A DNA stretch of 61,731 nucleotides, the filler included, from Dimorphilus gyrociliatus (Eukaryota; Animalia; Annelida): assembly GCA_904063045.1 (NCBI GenBank). It is 4 parts of 4 records of this genome, joined end to end, with 100 filler letters (N's around TTAATTAATTAA, not from the genome) between each part and the next. Parts side by side here need not be neighbours in the genome. Positions count along the whole stretch, not along the records: positions 54,779 to 61,731 come from CAJFCJ010000076.1; 3 more parts are not named here. The stretch is one strand, 5' to 3'. Shown here in pieces: positions 58,879 through 61,731 of the stretch. Within the stretch, counting starts at the first letter, position 1, and the number at the start of each line of letters is the position of its first letter. The notes under the pieces are model-generated. The model had not been told where the DNA came from, did no database searches, and was given only the letters and a program-made list of their open reading frames with translations. Made by a program: the position numbers and the translations under genes.

Positions 58879-59085
58879 GGGATCGGGTGCAAATGTACCC
58901 ATTAGGAAATATTTCCAACCCTGAAAACATTTTAGGAAAGGGTTATTTTGAATATTTGGATGAATTTATTGTTAGAGGGGCTCCAATTTAGGGTTAGGGA
59001 ATATAAAAAACACAGGTATTACACTCAATTTCAGATATATTAAGGTAGGCTTCAACCCTCCTTGGGTACATTTGCACCCCCATCC
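58879..59085. mobile_element. Second copy of the MITE, inverted, 207 bp, 9-bp TSD AAGAAAAGT
   Basis: Reverse complement of 57377-57573. The TSD lies at 58870-58878 and 59086-59094. Confidence 0.92.
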
Positions 59086-59689
59086 AAGAAAAGTATGTAT
59101 AAAGTAATACTAAGAAAATGATAATAGATTAAGACATAACTTTGAAGGATAAAAATATGAAAAAAATGAAAAAAAAACATTTAAAAACATGAATATTATG
59201 GAGCATAAATATCAGATGTTTGAACTAATAATTCATCTGCCAAAACCTGAATGAAAGCAGAATGCACAGCTTTTTAGAAAGAAAATCAAAACAATCAACT
59301 TAATGATTAGTTGTTGATCAGTAGAATGAACTTTTGCTCATGAATGATAATTTTCTTGACAATCTGCAGAGGTTAGAATAAAGCTTTTATGAATAATTAC
59401 TCATTCGCATGCAAAATCATTCCGATAATCTCTCCCATATATCCATTTTGTTAAATAGGGTATTTAACAATTTATCATACCTGCTGTGAAAATATCTGTA
59501 ATTGAATTATTTACTCTTTCAATATTAACAGTCCTACTTTTAGTTTTAGATGATGGTTATTTAGAAGAGGAAAACAATAAAAACATGACTATATTTACAA
59601 ATTTTCTTTGTCTTAAAATGTTACTTTTGTTTTTGTGAACATTGAAATTTGTGAACTATCAACCTTTAAAAGAGTATATAAACCCTACG

Positions 59690-59970
59690 AAATAACCAGT
59701 TGATAGTTCAGTTTTCTAACAGTCAGCTGATTGTTTAAACTAGCTTGTTTAGAACTAGAAGCTCATTTTACCCAATACATATTCTTTGGACAAAATACTG
59801 GTGTTTTGTTGATTCATTTCTACCAAAATTACATTTGTTAGACTATTTGTGGACAAACTTTAAAGGTTCTATGTGGTGTGAGTACTTTAGCAAATTGGTA
59901 AATGATTGGGAAGGATGATTACAGTTGTGACAAACCAGAAATTCCTACAATTACAATAAAACAAAGTTGA
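59690..59970. repeat. Fourth copy of the 46590 repeat family
   Basis: Same orientation and block order as 46590-46810. Confidence 0.75.
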
Positions 59971-60894
59971 AATTTCTGATTATTCTACAAAGGTCACCAA
60001 ATTTATTTTTAGAAAATACTGCTTTAAGAATAATAAAAATACAAAGCAGATCCGTTTTTCAAAAATTTCAGACTGAAATATATGAATTACATTGAAAATA
60101 TGCAACACTATTTTTCTAAGTAAAGAGTAGTTGTTAAAAGAAGTTTCTTTGTTATGCATTAAATTTGACATCAGAAGAATAAGCATTATTTTCTATAGAA
60201 AGTATGAGTTCAAAGTTTCAAAAAAAAAGTATAAACAACAATGAAATTTACTCTACTTTGTATTTGAGCTATTTTTGTACTAACAGAATTGGTTGCTGTA
60301 CAGTCTTCTTGGACAAGACATTCTGAAAGATGCAATGAAAATCTTGAAACTGCTCTTAAGGAACATTGTTTTTTTGAAAGTTATTTATAGAATGTTATAC
60401 TGAAATTATGTTTTAGGATTCTGCTGACAACGACCTAACTAGACAAAATGTTCTTATTCTGCATTAGAGAAAAAAAGAGAAAACAAAAATTTTTAAGTGT
60501 AATAGAAGACAAAAATGAATATTCTGAACTGTCATTAAAAACAAATTGCATTTAAAAGACATATTTAGTATAAGAATCTGGGTAAATTAACTCTAAAACA
60601 TTTAATAATGAACATTCATCAAAAGTTTGTCTCTTCTGTTTTCTTCCAATTGCCAATTTTCCATTTACTAATAAAAAGTTCTTTTCATTATCTTGAATGG
60701 ATGGTAGAAATTTAAATTTCTTATTTCCAATATCACCAATTAGACCAAAGCTGAGATGCCTCCATTATCGTTCTGGATGTTTATATTTACAAATTGAGTA
60801 TTAAAAATATTCAAACTTTTATATATGTAGGCTGTGAATGAGTTTTTTGTTGCAAATTTTAATTTTATGAAATTTTTGCTTAAATGAATTTGAA

Positions 60895-61400
60895 GGGGTC
60901 AGGACAGTTCGCCCCTGGACAGTTCGCCCCAGAACAGTTCGCCCCATTTTAGAGACAGTTCGCCCCATTTTGGGGGACAGTTCGCCCCATTTCAGGGATA
61001 CTTTATCCCTTTCAAGATTGATTGACCCTTCAGTAGGGAAAGAGTGATGTTCCACTTATTACATTTTGTTATTTGTTATTTTACTGTTATTTTTATATCT
61101 TTGATATTCTCAGCAAAACATACCTCATTAATGTTACTGTTACCAGTTTTTTTTACAAATCTATTTCCTGTTCCTCTGAAGGAAAAGTCTTTTGAATTAA
61201 ATGAATTTTTATTATTTTGAATGATACTTTACAGAGATTGGTTTAACTATTGAATTGATTGGTGTAAAAATGAATTTAAAAACCTGTTGGTGTTGTATGA
61301 GGAAATTTTATTGGAATCAGCAAAAAATAAGATGCAAATTATGTAAACACTTTTATCACCAAAAGTTCTCAAAAGGTAATCGAATTTATTTTTTTTCATT
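60895..61400 (+). mobile_element. 5' end of another MULE: terminus, subterminal repeats, PHD-like exon
   Basis: GGGGTCAGG terminus, five ACAGTTCGCCCC repeats (60904-60988), then CWCCMRKFYWNQQKIRCKLCKHFYHQK, similar to the PHD exon near 43480. Confidence 0.7.
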
Positions 61401-61731
61401 TATTTCAATGAATTTTTTTATAAAGCAGATGCTGATTATTGTGTTGATTGTTTCAATATTACAAAACAACAAGTTGTTATCAGAATAAGAGTAGATCAAA
61501 TGATGGAAGAAAATGGATTTGATAAAAGTAGTCCTAAACATATGTCTACTGTTAATAAAACCTTTCAGGAAGAAAATCAGATGATGTATTAAACTTAATC
61601 TTTCTTCAATTATTAACATGAAATTCTGCTTACAGTTAACATTATCATTTGATTTTGAAAATAACTTTGTGGAAAATGAGGAAGGCAGAAGTCATTCATC
61701 AGATAATGATCAAGAAAGAAGAATTGATGTA

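Noticed and set aside
60904-60988. CRISPR-like array (five ACAGTTCGCCCC repeats)
   Set aside because: Same reasoning: it follows a GGGGTCAGG MULE terminus and precedes a PHD exon.

Overview
This is not one continuous locus. Four contigs are joined by artificial 100-bp linkers (44 N + TTAATTAATTAA + 44 N) at 25687-25786, 42556-42655 and 54679-54778. Contigs 1, 3 and 4 look like an AT-rich, compact animal genome with 55-62 nt GT-AG introns; the gene content suggests a lophotrochozoan or annelid, which is inference only. Contig 1 carries an intronless CARD-like/NACHT/LRR NLR of more than 1511 aa. The ORF track misses it because it runs off the left edge. It sits head-to-head with a tandem array of seven secreted genes or pseudogenes built as signal peptide, two chitin-binding (CBM14) domains, TSP1 and three tandem gC1q domains. 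Next come an LDLa-LRR-7TM (GRL101/LGR-like) receptor with a pseudokinase-like tail and a MULE transposon inserted into one of its exons. Contigs 3 and 4 hold an intact BC-box/Cul2-box-like LRR gene, LRR pseudogenes, and MULE, MITE and Tc1/mariner debris. Contig 2 (25787-42555) looks like a different organism, most likely a microsporidian parasite. It has intronless MCM2 and an editing-site-deficient LeuRS 118 bp apart, CCC motifs just upstream of ATGs, three LRR paralogues (two with signal peptides), a complete Merlin element with an 8-bp TSD, and a Helitron. Its many frameshifts are mostly single-base losses in A/T runs, probably low-coverage sequencing error. Host transposons and duplicated genes are strongly CpG-depleted relative to the intact host genes.
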